A stretch of DNA of 64,000 nucleotides from an uncultured Gammaproteobacteria bacterium (GCA_964431235.1 CAYSJA010000030.1:1774-65773), one strand, 5' to 3'; shown: positions 38,620-49,005, numbered from the stretch's first letter. Made by a program: numbers and translations. The notes: generated from the sequence alone by a model not told the origin.

Positions 38620-39933
38620 CTATTTCTGATAAAAATCAGCTAAAAGACGATTAAAACTATCTACTTTCTGATTGTAATTAATTATTTGGTAATAAGAAGC
38701 ATTAGCTTGTGGGCGATTATTGGTAATGTCATAGTAAAGGATTCTCAATTCTTCTGCCTTTTCTCTTACTTCCTTGGCTCCCTGATAAACTTGGCCTGAT
38801 ATTTTATTATAAATCTCAATTTTTCCTAAAGTATCTTCCGAAAACAAAGCCTCAAAATCATAATTTGAAATTTCGGCCTGACCATCGCTAATATTTTTTG
38901 GAATAACACCAACTGGAAAATAATTAGTCGTCTCTACATAACAATAATCTGATCCGGCTAAAGAATATTCTTGCTCGCAAGCCAAGCCCAAAACACTATG
39001 GTTAATATCAGGAAAATCAATAATTGCCACCCCATAACCAAGACGCTTTAAAATAACATAAGCTAAAAAAGTCTTGTCAGAACAAACTCCTTTGTTAAGG
39101 TAGATAGTTTCATAAGGATAATAAGGATAAATTTTTTCTAATTCTGACTTTTCTTGATCATAAGGAATATACTGGACAAGAGCTAAAACTAATTCAGCTA
39201 TTTTATCTCCCGACCAATTGTTAATAATCGCTATTTTTTCTAAATGAGAAATAATCTCATCAATACTGGTATCTCCTGACTTTGTTTCTAAAAATAAATT
39301 ATAAAATGATTCTTTTAAATTAGGGGGAGGTGAAGCGACCGGATAACTTAAAACCTTGGAAGAATTCTTATAGTTTTCATATAAAGACGGAGATAAATTC
39401 AAATTTAAATTCTGCTGATTATTTTCATATCTAAAAGTTAAGCTCTGCGAGATTAAATTATCAAAAATATTATCAACAGCCGATTTTTCCGTCTCTGAAC
39501 TAGAGGCAATAACGATTTTGGCTAAATTAGTATTGCTTATCCCTAATCCTAAACTACAAATTACATTAAAAGCGTCATTAGGACGACCAAGATAATAAAG
39601 CTGAAGATCAAGAGGATTTACATAATAAGCCTGCCCTTTATCTTCAATTTGTAATAAAATGCGGCCGGCAAGACGGACAGGCGCTGATGAAGATAAAAAA
39701 ACACTAATATCTTTATTACTAGCCCCTAAACCAAAATCTTTCATAATCCTATAAGCATCATCGGGACGGCCAAGATAATAGCGCTGATTATTATTAGGAT
39801 TTACATACCAGGCCTGTCCTTTATCCTCCACTTGTAATAAAATGCGGCCGGTAAGAGAAACTGCCTGAGCTTCAAATAAAAATAACCAAGAAATAATAAA
39901 AAATAAGAAAACTATTATTTTATTTACTTTCAT
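38620..39933 (-). CDS. Secreted protein with two 61-aa tandem repeats and a transglutaminase-like domain
   Basis: Signal peptide; GRILLQ.EDKGQA.YVNP....YYLGRP.DA twice; GVCSDKT, HSVLG, YVETT. Confidence 0.75.
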   Translation of the reverse strand: MKVNKIIVFLFFIISWLFLFEAQAVSLTGRILLQVEDKGQAWYVNPNNNQRYYLGRPDDAYRIMKDFGLGASNKDISVFLSSSAPVRLAGRILLQIEDKGQAYYVNPLDLQLYYLGRPNDAFNVICSLGLGISNTNLAKIVIASSSETEKSAVDNIFDNLISQSLTFRYENNQQNLNLNLSPSLYENYKNSSKVLSYPVASPPPNLKESFYNLFLETKSGDTSIDEIISHLEKIAIINNWSGDKIAELVLALVQYIPYDQEKSELEKIYPYYPYETIYLNKGVCSDKTFLAYVILKRLGYGVAIIDFPDINHSVLGLACEQEYSLAGSDYCYVETTNYFPVGVIPKNISDGQAEISNYDFEALFSEDTLGKIEIYNKISGQVYQGAKEVREKAEELRILYYDITNNRPQANASYYQIINYNQKVDSFNRLLADFYQK

Positions 39934-40615
39934 AATCTGATAGTGTAATAAATATATCTTTCTGAGGTGAAATTGGTAGATGACTAGTACTGTTTATATA
40001 AACTATTTTCATATAGCCTTCTTTATCAATAACTATTTTACTAACTGAAGATTGAAATATCTCTAAAGATAGAAAACCAATAATATCAGCGTTCAAAATT
40101 CCAGTTAAAAGAGATTTAATGAAATTACCGTGGCCAAAAATAGCAATTTTCTTACCTTTGTTTCCTTTAAAAATAACCGCTAAACTGCGTCGGGCTTTTG
40201 TTTGCATTTTATCTAAATCTCTATCTAAAATCTTATATTTTTTTAAACGCTTTTCCCTTTCTTTTTCCGTCATACTAAAATATTTCATCTTATACCAATG
40301 TGCCCAATGAAATTCGTTTAAACGAGAATTAATAATAATTTCCTTCTTATTTCTCTTAGCAAAAACTTGGGCGGTTTGTTTAGCTCTCTTCAATTCGCTG
40401 GAATATATAACATCTATTTTCGTTTTAAGCAGGCGCTTTGTTAAATATCGTCTCTGTTTTACACCATTTTTAGAAAGAGGCATATCATCCTCACCTAATT
40501 TTTTCTTTACACTATAATCAGGATGACAGTGACGAATAAGCAAAACCTCTGTATAAGGCTTCTTGATTTTAGGCTGAATTTCTGAATATGGAGTTTGGTA
40601 TTTCTTTTTAGTCAT
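39920..40615 (-). CDS. Histidine phosphatase superfamily protein
   Basis: LLIRHC (RHG variant), SSELKRAKQT, LNE, GHG. Confidence 0.88.
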   Translation of the reverse strand: MTKKKYQTPYSEIQPKIKKPYTEVLLIRHCHPDYSVKKKLGEDDMPLSKNGVKQRRYLTKRLLKTKIDVIYSSELKRAKQTAQVFAKRNKKEIIINSRLNEFHWAHWYKMKYFSMTEKEREKRLKKYKILDRDLDKMQTKARRSLAVIFKGNKGKKIAIFGHGNFIKSLLTGILNADIIGFLSLEIFQSSVSKIVIDKEGYMKIVYINSTSHLPISPQKDIFITLSDYESK

Positions 40616-40651
40616 AATTTAATTATAACAAATAAAAACAGCTGTAGCTAT

Positions 40652-41239
40652 TTAGGTTAAATTTCTTGAATTGAACTTAAAATTGTTTCTTAATTCTTTA
40701 CGCCAGTATTTATAATTAGGCGAAACTTTGCTCACTAATCGCCAAAACGCAGTAGAGTGGTTAAATTCTTGCAAATGACAAAGCTCATGGGCAACTATAT
40801 AATCAAAGGCTTCTTTTTCTAAAAAAATTAAACGGTAATTAAAACTCAAATTTCTTTTATAAGAGCAGCTTCCCCAGCGGGTCCTCTGATTCCTCACACT
40901 AATACGATTATATTTGAAAGCGTAAATTTTATTTATGGCTTCAACTCTGTTTTTAATTTCTTTTTTTGCTTGCTTATGATAACGCCGATAGTGTTCTTCT
41001 TCCTTTTTATCTTTTTCTAACCGTAAAGGCAACTCTACTCCAAAATCAAACAAACGTGATTTGATCCAATCAGATTTAATTTCTAAAAATTTATCGGCTG
41101 TTCGTACAGAAATTATGAATGGTTTGGTCATAACTATCCTACCAGAGCTATAAACCAATATTTTCATATTTTTAGCAAGACGGTTCGATTTCAAAATTAC
41201 TGGAACATTAAAATTGTTTATTTTTATCATTCTTATCAT
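40652..41239 (-). CDS. YgjP/DUF45-family zinc metallopeptidase-like protein
   Basis: RWGSCS, DYIVAHELCHL...NHS..FW. Confidence 0.9.
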   Translation of the reverse strand: MIRMIKINNFNVPVILKSNRLAKNMKILVYSSGRIVMTKPFIISVRTADKFLEIKSDWIKSRLFDFGVELPLRLEKDKKEEEHYRRYHKQAKKEIKNRVEAINKIYAFKYNRISVRNQRTRWGSCSYKRNLSFNYRLIFLEKEAFDYIVAHELCHLQEFNHSTAFWRLVSKVSPNYKYWRKELRNNFKFNSRNLT

Positions 41240-41255
41240 TCTTTTACTAATCTAC

Positions 41256-42356
41256 TTATAAAGGTAAAAGCTTTATTTTGACTATCTCCCCTTGCCCGAT
41301 TGTCCGCATCGGCGGACCCCAGGTTCCCAAGCCGCTATTTATTATCAAAGAAAAATCACTTTCATTAAATAGCCCATAATTATGACCTCTATAAACCAAA
41401 CGGGTAATTAAATTAAAGGGAAAAATCTGGCCACGGTGAGTATGCCCGGATAATTGTAAATCAATGCCAGCCCGAACTGCTAATGATATATTTTTCGGCT
41501 CATGGTATAGCAATATACTAGGTTTCCTTTTATCATAACCGACTTGATTTAAAATAGCTTTATAAAGATCAAAATCTTTATTAAAGGAATAATTAATACC
41601 AATGAGTTGCAATCCTTCCACCACCATCATTTTATTATCTAAAATAATTACCGGAGAATCCGCTAAAAGCTGTTTGACACGATTAAATCCTAAATAAAGA
41701 TCATGATTGCCAAAAGAATAATATATTCCTTTTTTAATTTTAAAATTAGTAAAAGGATGATTAAGCCAAGAAAAATCACTTTCCATACCATCAAATAAAT
41801 CACCAGTAATAAATACTGCTTCTGGTTCTAATTTGTTAACTTCTTTAATAATTTTAGAAAAAAATTTCTTTCGATAAATTGGCCCAATATGAATATCGGA
41901 TATATGAACAATCTCCTTATTATGCCAATACGAAGACAAATCTTTTATCTTTACTTCATATTCTTTTATTTTTAACGCAAAAGCATTATGAAAACCATAA
42001 GTACTCAAAATACTGGTTAAAACTATTACTGAAATTGGTAACAATAGATTTCCTAAAAACCAGGCCGGAAACAACAATTTAAATATAAAAACTAAAACAA
42101 AGGATAATAAAAAATTAATCAATATTCCAGTCCAAGCTCCTGCTAACAAGTAATATAGACGAGTAACCAAGCTATCATGCTTATGAATAAAATAAGAAGC
42201 TAAAAGAATGGAAACGAAGAAGATTGTCAAAACTAAAGCACTTATCAGCGAAGATAAAAAATTAGCGAAAAACCAATTAGATAAAATAAACCAAGCTAGA
42301 ACGTGCCCAAAAAATAATATAATTACGGAAATGGCAAAAGATATTAGCTGTATCAT
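41256..42356 (-). CDS. Membrane-anchored calcineurin-like metallophosphoesterase (YkuE/YaeI type)
   Basis: SDIH, GDLFD, GNHD, LSGHTH.GQ; N-terminal TM helices. Confidence 0.92.
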   Translation of the reverse strand: MIQLISFAISVIILFFGHVLAWFILSNWFFANFLSSLISALVLTIFFVSILLASYFIHKHDSLVTRLYYLLAGAWTGILINFLLSFVLVFIFKLLFPAWFLGNLLLPISVIVLTSILSTYGFHNAFALKIKEYEVKIKDLSSYWHNKEIVHISDIHIGPIYRKKFFSKIIKEVNKLEPEAVFITGDLFDGMESDFSWLNHPFTNFKIKKGIYYSFGNHDLYLGFNRVKQLLADSPVIILDNKMMVVEGLQLIGINYSFNKDFDLYKAILNQVGYDKRKPSILLYHEPKNISLAVRAGIDLQLSGHTHRGQIFPFNLITRLVYRGHNYGLFNESDFSLIINSGLGTWGPPMRTIGQGEIVKIKLLPL

Positions 42357-42360
42357 AAAT

Positions 42361-43389
42361 TTAAAAATTTATATAAACTTTCTGAACATAATGCTCCGTA
42401 CGGCTTATCACTCTCCTTAATATTTTTACCGCTTCTAAACTGTAATTTCCTACCGATGTCTCATCAGATAACATAATGGCATCAGCGCCATCTAAAACCG
42501 CGTTGGCAATATCACTTACTTCTGCCCTAGTCGGAACTGGATTCTTAATCATTGAAGTCATAACTTGGGTAGCAATTATTGCTGGAATATTATACCAATG
42601 AGCATGCCGAATAAGGTTTTTTTGAACCAAAGGCAAATCCTCTATCGGCGTCTCTACGCCTAAATCCCCCCGGGCTATCATAATAAAATCTGAAACGCGG
42701 ATGATATGATCAATATTCTTCAAAGCTACTCCCCGTTCTATCTTGGCTATTATCTTGACATTGGATTTTTTTCCTATTTGCTTTCTTAATTTTAAAATAT
42801 CAGATGCCGTCTGTACAAAAGATAAACCTACATATTCAACACCTGCTTTTAAACCAAAATTTAGATCTTTAACATCTTTAGTTGTTAATCCTCCCTTCCT
42901 CATATTAGTATCAGGTACGTTCACGGCTTTATTGGAAGTCAAAAGCCCGCCATGAACAACCTGACCAGTAATTATCTTACCAGATATTTTTGTAACTTTT
43001 AATTCTATTTCTCCATTACAAAGAAAAAGCGGCTGTCCTTTTTTCATATCTTGAGATAAATCTTCATTATCTATCGGGATAATACCTTCGGGCTGATAAG
43101 ATTTTTTGGAATAAAGAAAATTATAAATTTCATTATCCTTTAAAATAATACCGTTTGGTGGCATTTTGCCAATTCTAATTCGCGGCCCTTGCAAATCTAA
43201 AAGCATAGCTATCTTTTTGTTTGAATTTTTATTGAAATCAGATACAATTTTTCTCACTCTCTTATACTGCTCCTGGCTGGCATGGGAAAAATTAACCCTG
43301 ACAATATCAACACCGGCTGTAAGTAAAGGTAAAAGAATTTTTTTATCTTCGCTTTTAGAACCGATAGTAATAATTATTTTTGTACGCAT
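42361..43389 (-). CDS. pyk: Pyruvate kinase (short, no C-terminal domain)
   Basis: RTKII.TIG, NFSH, DLQGP, AKIE, MIARGDLG, PTRAEVSD, MLSDET; 342 aa. Confidence 0.93.
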   Translation of the reverse strand: MRTKIIITIGSKSEDKKILLPLLTAGVDIVRVNFSHASQEQYKRVRKIVSDFNKNSNKKIAMLLDLQGPRIRIGKMPPNGIILKDNEIYNFLYSKKSYQPEGIIPIDNEDLSQDMKKGQPLFLCNGEIELKVTKISGKIITGQVVHGGLLTSNKAVNVPDTNMRKGGLTTKDVKDLNFGLKAGVEYVGLSFVQTASDILKLRKQIGKKSNVKIIAKIERGVALKNIDHIIRVSDFIMIARGDLGVETPIEDLPLVQKNLIRHAHWYNIPAIIATQVMTSMIKNPVPTRAEVSDIANAVLDGADAIMLSDETSVGNYSLEAVKILRRVISRTEHYVQKVYINF

Positions 43390-43404
43390 AATTTTAATTA
43401 ATAT

Positions 43405-44511
43405 TTAAAAATTTCTAACAATATTCTCTAACCAAATTTGATAAAATTCAAGATTATTCAAACTGGCTAATCTTTGACCTAAAGGATCTTTTAGCTTGAA
43501 TAAATGATGTAAATAGGCCAAAGAGTTATTTTGCAAATCAATAAATGAACTGTCGTTATTTATTGCTTTAAAATCATGAAAAAATTTAGAATTATTTATA
43601 TTTATTGTTTCATATTCATCTGTTTTATCTGCCTTTAAAAGAAATAGCTTTCCATGGCGACCTTCACGTGTCGGAATAACACAATCAAATATATCCCAAC
43701 CCAAACGAACACAATGAAAAATATCCTCTGGCGTACCTATCCCTAAAGCGAAACGCAAAGCGTCAGGAGGAATAAATTCAGCGCTCTGGCGTAAAACATC
43801 CTTTAAAAAATTACCACTTTTATCTACCGGGCGAGCACCAAAGCCATAACCATCAAAACCAATCTGTCTTAATTTATAGGCGCAAAGGCGCCGTAAATCA
43901 ATTTCTGCTCCGCCTTGTATAACAGCAAATAAAAGTGGCCTGTCAGCATCTGTTAAATGACGCTTTTTTATCTGTTTATTATACTCTATTTTACATTTTT
44001 TAGCCCAAAAAATTGTTCTTGAAACCGCTGCTTCTAATTTTTGACGGGAAAAATCGTTAGGCGGACAATCATCAAGGCAAACCATTATATCAGCTCCTAA
44101 ATCAAATTGGATCTGGATTGATTTTTCTGGACTAAGATCGTGCCAAGAACCATCAAGCGGAGACTTGAAAACAACTTTATCAGCGCTTACCTTCCCCATC
44201 TTTTTATCTTTATATATTAAAGAAAAAACTTGAAATCCGCCAGAATCTGACAACAAAGGCCTATTCCAACCAATAAAATTATGGATTCCTCCGGCCGCTT
44301 TGATAATTTTAAGACCCGGTTGTAAATAAAGATGAAAAGTATTTATTACTAAAGCTTTAGTTTTACTATTCTCTAATTCTGAAGCGCTAATTAATTTTAC
44401 AAAACCTCTGGTGGCATCAGGTATAAAAAGCGGGGTTTTGAGTTCTCCGTGCTTAGTTCTTATTATTCCCTGTCGCCGGCCACTCTTCCTAATTTTTATA
44501 GATTGAAACAT
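43405..44511 (-). CDS. tgt: tRNA-guanine transglycosylase (divergent)
   Basis: NTFHL, DSGGFQVFSL, LDDCP, VIQGG, FDCVIPTREGRHG, AYLHHL. Confidence 0.9.
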   Translation of the reverse strand: MFQSIKIRKSGRRQGIIRTKHGELKTPLFIPDATRGFVKLISASELENSKTKALVINTFHLYLQPGLKIIKAAGGIHNFIGWNRPLLSDSGGFQVFSLIYKDKKMGKVSADKVVFKSPLDGSWHDLSPEKSIQIQFDLGADIMVCLDDCPPNDFSRQKLEAAVSRTIFWAKKCKIEYNKQIKKRHLTDADRPLLFAVIQGGAEIDLRRLCAYKLRQIGFDGYGFGARPVDKSGNFLKDVLRQSAEFIPPDALRFALGIGTPEDIFHCVRLGWDIFDCVIPTREGRHGKLFLLKADKTDEYETININNSKFFHDFKAINNDSSFIDLQNNSLAYLHHLFKLKDPLGQRLASLNNLEFYQIWLENIVRNF

Positions 44512-44519
44512 AGATTAAT

Positions 44520-46496
44520 TTATTCCACTCGTCCGGAATTATTTAAAGCGGCAATATCATCATCTTCCAATTTAGTAGTCTTGGGCCCTGATTTAGCGCT
44601 TATTTCCTGTTTAGTTTCGGTATCAATAGCACTGGAAGAAGCTCCAGGTGATAAGACTAAAATTTTATCCCGATCAGATTCTTGTGGCGTCAAAGAAATA
44701 GAAAAAGAAGCTTCTGTCTGATATACTGAAGCTGGTAAACGCCCTATGCTCCAAATAACTTCCCTTTTATCTTGATCAAAATATAAATCACCAACACTAA
44801 CCGAATCATAATTTAACCAAGAGATATTTTTAGGTAAAGCCAGCTTTACTTCAGTTTGCTTAAGCTCATGTAAATTATTTTTTAAACGCCAATATACTCT
44901 AAAAGAGGTAGCTTCGTTAACGCGAGGAGGCAAGGGACCCGAGCCAACGGGTAAATTATTCTCATCAAAATATTTAATTTCTTCTATAATAGATAAATTA
45001 CTATTTAAAGGGCTAGTTATTACATTACTTTTATTTTCGCTATCCGCTCCTTCACTATCACCACCATATTGAGAATAAACGGAAATTTCCATATCTTTCA
45101 AGGAATAATCATTATTATAATCTTTTAGCTTTACGGAAAAATTTATCTCTCCTTCTTCTCCTGGTTTTATCTCGGCCAAAGCAGGAATATCTTGTTTATT
45201 CCAAATTATTTGCCCGGATCTAATTTCACCGGGAACACTAGTTTCAATGCTAGCTAAATCAAACATAAAACCATCTAAAACTGCAGTAATAACAGCATCT
45301 TTAAACGAACTTTCACCTTTATTGCTATAATTCAAGGTATAATTTAAAATTTCGCCAAAATTAACGGCCTGATTATTCTTAGAACCGTTTAAAAATAAGG
45401 CTATATTTAAATCACTCTTCACCGCTTCTATTGATAAAATTTTTTCTAAAAAAGTATAGGATTGGCCATCAGGTAAACGCTGTTTAAGACTAAGAGATAA
45501 ATCAGAAGATAAGGGCTCTTTTTTAGCTAAATAATTAAAAACTAAACTTCGATCAGTTAAATCAGATAAGCTGACCAACCAGCTATTCGGCCCCTCCTTA
45601 ATTGGGGACTCATCATTATCTTTTGCATTATCATCAACAGCTAAATTTATCTCCACTTCTTGGGGGGGGTCAAATTCAATAATAAAATCTGATAAATAAT
45701 TGTCTGAAAAAAAAGAAGAAAAAGAAAGATTTATTTCACTATTTTGACCAACGAAAACAAGATTTGAATAGTCAACATCCATTTCAAGGCCTAATCCATT
45801 TATCACCGTAGCAGCTGAGCTTTCCTTTTTAAACTGGCTGGAAAAATTTAAAGGAGTATAATGCAAGTTACCGGAAATAATATTAACTGACTCCAAAGGG
45901 GCAATAATTTCTCCAGTAACCAAAACATGGGCTTCAGAACCCGCCGGTATATTAGGCAAATTAAAACCGTTGTTTAAAAAATCAGCTTGAGGCTCGGAAA
46001 AAGAAAAGATAAAATTCTCTGGATAGTTGAGTTCTAATCTAACTTTGCTAATAGTGAATTTAGTAGGATTTTTAATAATTATTTTATAAGAGAATTCTTC
46101 ACCAACTAGAACCTCTTCTAAAGCTTCAATCTTAAATTCAACCGCTCCCATGTCACTATCGCCAGTAAAATAATAAATATAAGCAAAAGAAGCGGCTAAA
46201 AATAGAATAACAAAAATAAGCATCCTCTTAAAAATTCTTACTATTAATTTATTTCTTTTTTTTATATTCATTTTTTTTACATCAACAAGACCTCCCTTTT
46301 TATCACGATAAATTTCATTTAAATTAGAATCTATTTCCTGGTGCTTGATTTCTTTATCCAGCACTTCTTCAAAATCAGTTACTTCATTGTCGGACGGGAC
46401 TGGCCGCTTCACAAAAGCTGACAAGCCTGACAATTTATGATTTTTAATTTCCAAATTTTTTTTTGTTTTCTTATTTTGTTTTTTATCTTGTTTCAT
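44520..46496 (-). CDS. Membrane-anchored multi-Ig-like-domain (DUF11-like) surface protein
   Basis: TM helix near residue 95; repeated G....Y.....N motifs; GSGPLPP. Confidence 0.75.
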   Translation of the reverse strand: MKQDKKQNKKTKKNLEIKNHKLSGLSAFVKRPVPSDNEVTDFEEVLDKEIKHQEIDSNLNEIYRDKKGGLVDVKKMNIKKRNKLIVRIFKRMLIFVILFLAASFAYIYYFTGDSDMGAVEFKIEALEEVLVGEEFSYKIIIKNPTKFTISKVRLELNYPENFIFSFSEPQADFLNNGFNLPNIPAGSEAHVLVTGEIIAPLESVNIISGNLHYTPLNFSSQFKKESSAATVINGLGLEMDVDYSNLVFVGQNSEINLSFSSFFSDNYLSDFIIEFDPPQEVEINLAVDDNAKDNDESPIKEGPNSWLVSLSDLTDRSLVFNYLAKKEPLSSDLSLSLKQRLPDGQSYTFLEKILSIEAVKSDLNIALFLNGSKNNQAVNFGEILNYTLNYSNKGESSFKDAVITAVLDGFMFDLASIETSVPGEIRSGQIIWNKQDIPALAEIKPGEEGEINFSVKLKDYNNDYSLKDMEISVYSQYGGDSEGADSENKSNVITSPLNSNLSIIEEIKYFDENNLPVGSGPLPPRVNEATSFRVYWRLKNNLHELKQTEVKLALPKNISWLNYDSVSVGDLYFDQDKREVIWSIGRLPASVYQTEASFSISLTPQESDRDKILVLSPGASSSAIDTETKQEISAKSGPKTTKLEDDDIAALNNSGRVE

Positions 46497-49005
46497 ATTT
46501 GTTTTTTAAAAGAATAGAAAAATATTTATCCATATCCACGCTGCTTTCAATCAGCCACCCGTTCTGCCAAAAAAGATTATCAGGATGTTTCCAAATAATT
46601 TCCAAATTATCAGGTAAAATTAAACGGCTGATAAAAGAACTCGGTGCTGCCCCTGGCTGCTTTTGCAATAATAAAGAATAAGGAATAAAATTTTCAAAAT
46701 CAGGATTAATAAGTTTATTTAAGCGTTGCCAAAAATTGTTATTTCCCTTCTCTTGATCACTAAAAAAATTAAAAGGTAATTCATAGCTGATACTAATATC
46801 TGCTATCTCTCCCGGGTCAATCATCACCCAACCGGCAAAAACCGTCTTACCGTGCTCTTGGTATATTTTAATCCCACTGATTGGATCTTCTTTTGCTAAC
46901 CTTTCTTCTTGTAAAAATTTACTTTCCAGCCAATCATCCTCTGGCTCCTCAAAATAAGAAGAATCGGGAGCGCTGAAACCGGAAGCAGAAATAAGACGGC
47001 TCCCTAAAGGTACATATACTCTAAGCCAGTTAACATTACGTACTCCGGTTAAAGCTTCATTTTTTATACCCAAATGAGTACGCTCTATTTTTATATTATT
47101 TATTATTTTTCCTGTATTATCAATTTGGGATAAATGTTCTATGTTTTCTGTTATTTTACGATCTGTCTTTTGACCGGCAATATTAGTATTCACCACTAAT
47201 AGGTAATCATGTGTTGAAGGTTTTACCTCTCCAGCCAGATTTTTTTTAACCATCTCTTGTTGTAGCTTAGAATCAGAAAAATAAAACATAATTTGCTTTT
47301 GTGCTAAACTACTTTCAAATAATTTGATAATTTTTACTAAGTTATCTTTATCCAATCTCTGTGGTAAAATTTCTAAAATTCTAACCATTAAATCGCCTAC
47401 TATTTTTTTAGGTTTATTTTCCGGATTATTTTCTAAATCTTGATATAAAGGAACATCAGATTCTATAATTCCTTTCATCTCTTTAAAATCAATTGTTTCC
47501 TCGGGATGAGTCATAATTAAATTATCATGCTCTACAATTTTTTGAACTGTTTCCCAAAAATTATTACTATCTATCACTAGGCCGTATTCCTGGTCCATAT
47601 CTATCGGCCCAGTTATCTCCAATAAATTTTCTACTACTGTCGGTGTAAAAGTAATAACACCATCAACCGTAGATCCACCACTTTTTTCATAAAACCACAT
47701 TAAATTTTCGGCGGTTTTAGGCCAATCAGGCCACCAATTAGCATCCCAAAAGTGCCATAGAGGATTAACTAGCCATAAGGGTTCGGGCGCCTTTACTTTA
47801 ACTGTCATGCTGCCTTCGGTGTCATAAGAGCCCCCAGCCGGAACTTCTACATTCCTGATTCTGCCTTCTCTGATATCTATTAAAGCATAACTGCCTAAAA
47901 AGCCTCCAGAAGCTCTTAGCTCAGCATTATTTTGAAAAACTAATAAATAGCGCTTATCTTGGCTTTGTCCTAATATTTCATAAATTTTATCAGACAAAGA
48001 GATAAAACTGTCTAAATTAATATTTAAAAATTTTGTTTTATCCTTTAAATCTGAAAATTTATCTTGATACTCCAACGGCAAATTATTTTTATCTATTTTA
48101 GAAATAGCTTCCTGTAAATCTAAAGCATCTTGCCGGGCTAAATAGCCATAATAAAAAAAATTCTGTAGAGACGACAAAAAATCGCTTTCGGCTTGATAGT
48201 TAAACAAACTATTTGTTGCTAAAACTAAATTTTTTCCTAGAGACGAACTTAGTGTTCCAGCGGCTAGAATATTTTTACTTTCCGAAGCTAATTTTAATTT
48301 AGGATTATTTGATAGAGAAGCTAAAAAAAACAAAGAATCATTAATTGCCGCTAAATCTTCTTCTGCCCGCAAAAATTCTTGGCTCGCCAAAGAAAAATTT
48401 CTATCAGCACTCTGAAAATCAAATTGAGAAACAGAATCAACCGCTAACGCTAGTTGAGAAATAGCGGCCTGGGAACGAAACATAATCTTAGATTCTAAAT
48501 TATCTAAATTTAAAAACTGAAAATATGATAATATTTTCAAAGGTACTACTAAAAATAGGAGTACAAGGGCAAAGAAAAAAACAGATCGATACCAAGTTAA
48601 TTTGTGCTCTACCCTTTTTAAACGGCGCTTGGTTGAAAAAAAACGACTATTTAAAATTCTTCTTTTATCCTTAATCACTTGTTGCCATAAATTATTGCCT
48701 TTTTTCTTCGTTCTATAAAATTTTAAATCTTTAAGCCAAAAATTTATTTTTGTTTTGAAAAAATCAAACGGCAAACTATGAGATAATAAATTAAAATTAA
48801 AGGATTTTTTCTTTCTTTTATTAATTTTATTAAAAAAAGGTGAACGTAATTTACTAATTTTTTTTAAACCAAAAAAACTGTCTGATTTTTTTCTCTTTTC
48901 TACTTCTTCTTTAAGTGGTTTTTGTTGCCGCAAATCAACCACAAAACTAGAGCTTCTAGCTCGTGCTAACTCTTGAGGGCTTATTTTTTTCTGTCTATTA
49001 ATCAT
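46483..49005 (-). CDS. DUF4012-domain membrane protein
   Basis: YLLVFQNNAELRASGGFLGSY, DANWWPDWP, VDGV, QKQPG. Confidence 0.85.
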   Translation of the reverse strand: MINRQKKISPQELARARSSSFVVDLRQQKPLKEEVEKRKKSDSFFGLKKISKLRSPFFNKINKRKKKSFNFNLLSHSLPFDFFKTKINFWLKDLKFYRTKKKGNNLWQQVIKDKRRILNSRFFSTKRRLKRVEHKLTWYRSVFFFALVLLFLVVPLKILSYFQFLNLDNLESKIMFRSQAAISQLALAVDSVSQFDFQSADRNFSLASQEFLRAEEDLAAINDSLFFLASLSNNPKLKLASESKNILAAGTLSSSLGKNLVLATNSLFNYQAESDFLSSLQNFFYYGYLARQDALDLQEAISKIDKNNLPLEYQDKFSDLKDKTKFLNINLDSFISLSDKIYEILGQSQDKRYLLVFQNNAELRASGGFLGSYALIDIREGRIRNVEVPAGGSYDTEGSMTVKVKAPEPLWLVNPLWHFWDANWWPDWPKTAENLMWFYEKSGGSTVDGVITFTPTVVENLLEITGPIDMDQEYGLVIDSNNFWETVQKIVEHDNLIMTHPEETIDFKEMKGIIESDVPLYQDLENNPENKPKKIVGDLMVRILEILPQRLDKDNLVKIIKLFESSLAQKQIMFYFSDSKLQQEMVKKNLAGEVKPSTHDYLLVVNTNIAGQKTDRKITENIEHLSQIDNTGKIINNIKIERTHLGIKNEALTGVRNVNWLRVYVPLGSRLISASGFSAPDSSYFEEPEDDWLESKFLQEERLAKEDPISGIKIYQEHGKTVFAGWVMIDPGEIADISISYELPFNFFSDQEKGNNNFWQRLNKLINPDFENFIPYSLLLQKQPGAAPSSFISRLILPDNLEIIWKHPDNLFWQNGWLIESSVDMDKYFSILLKNKYETR

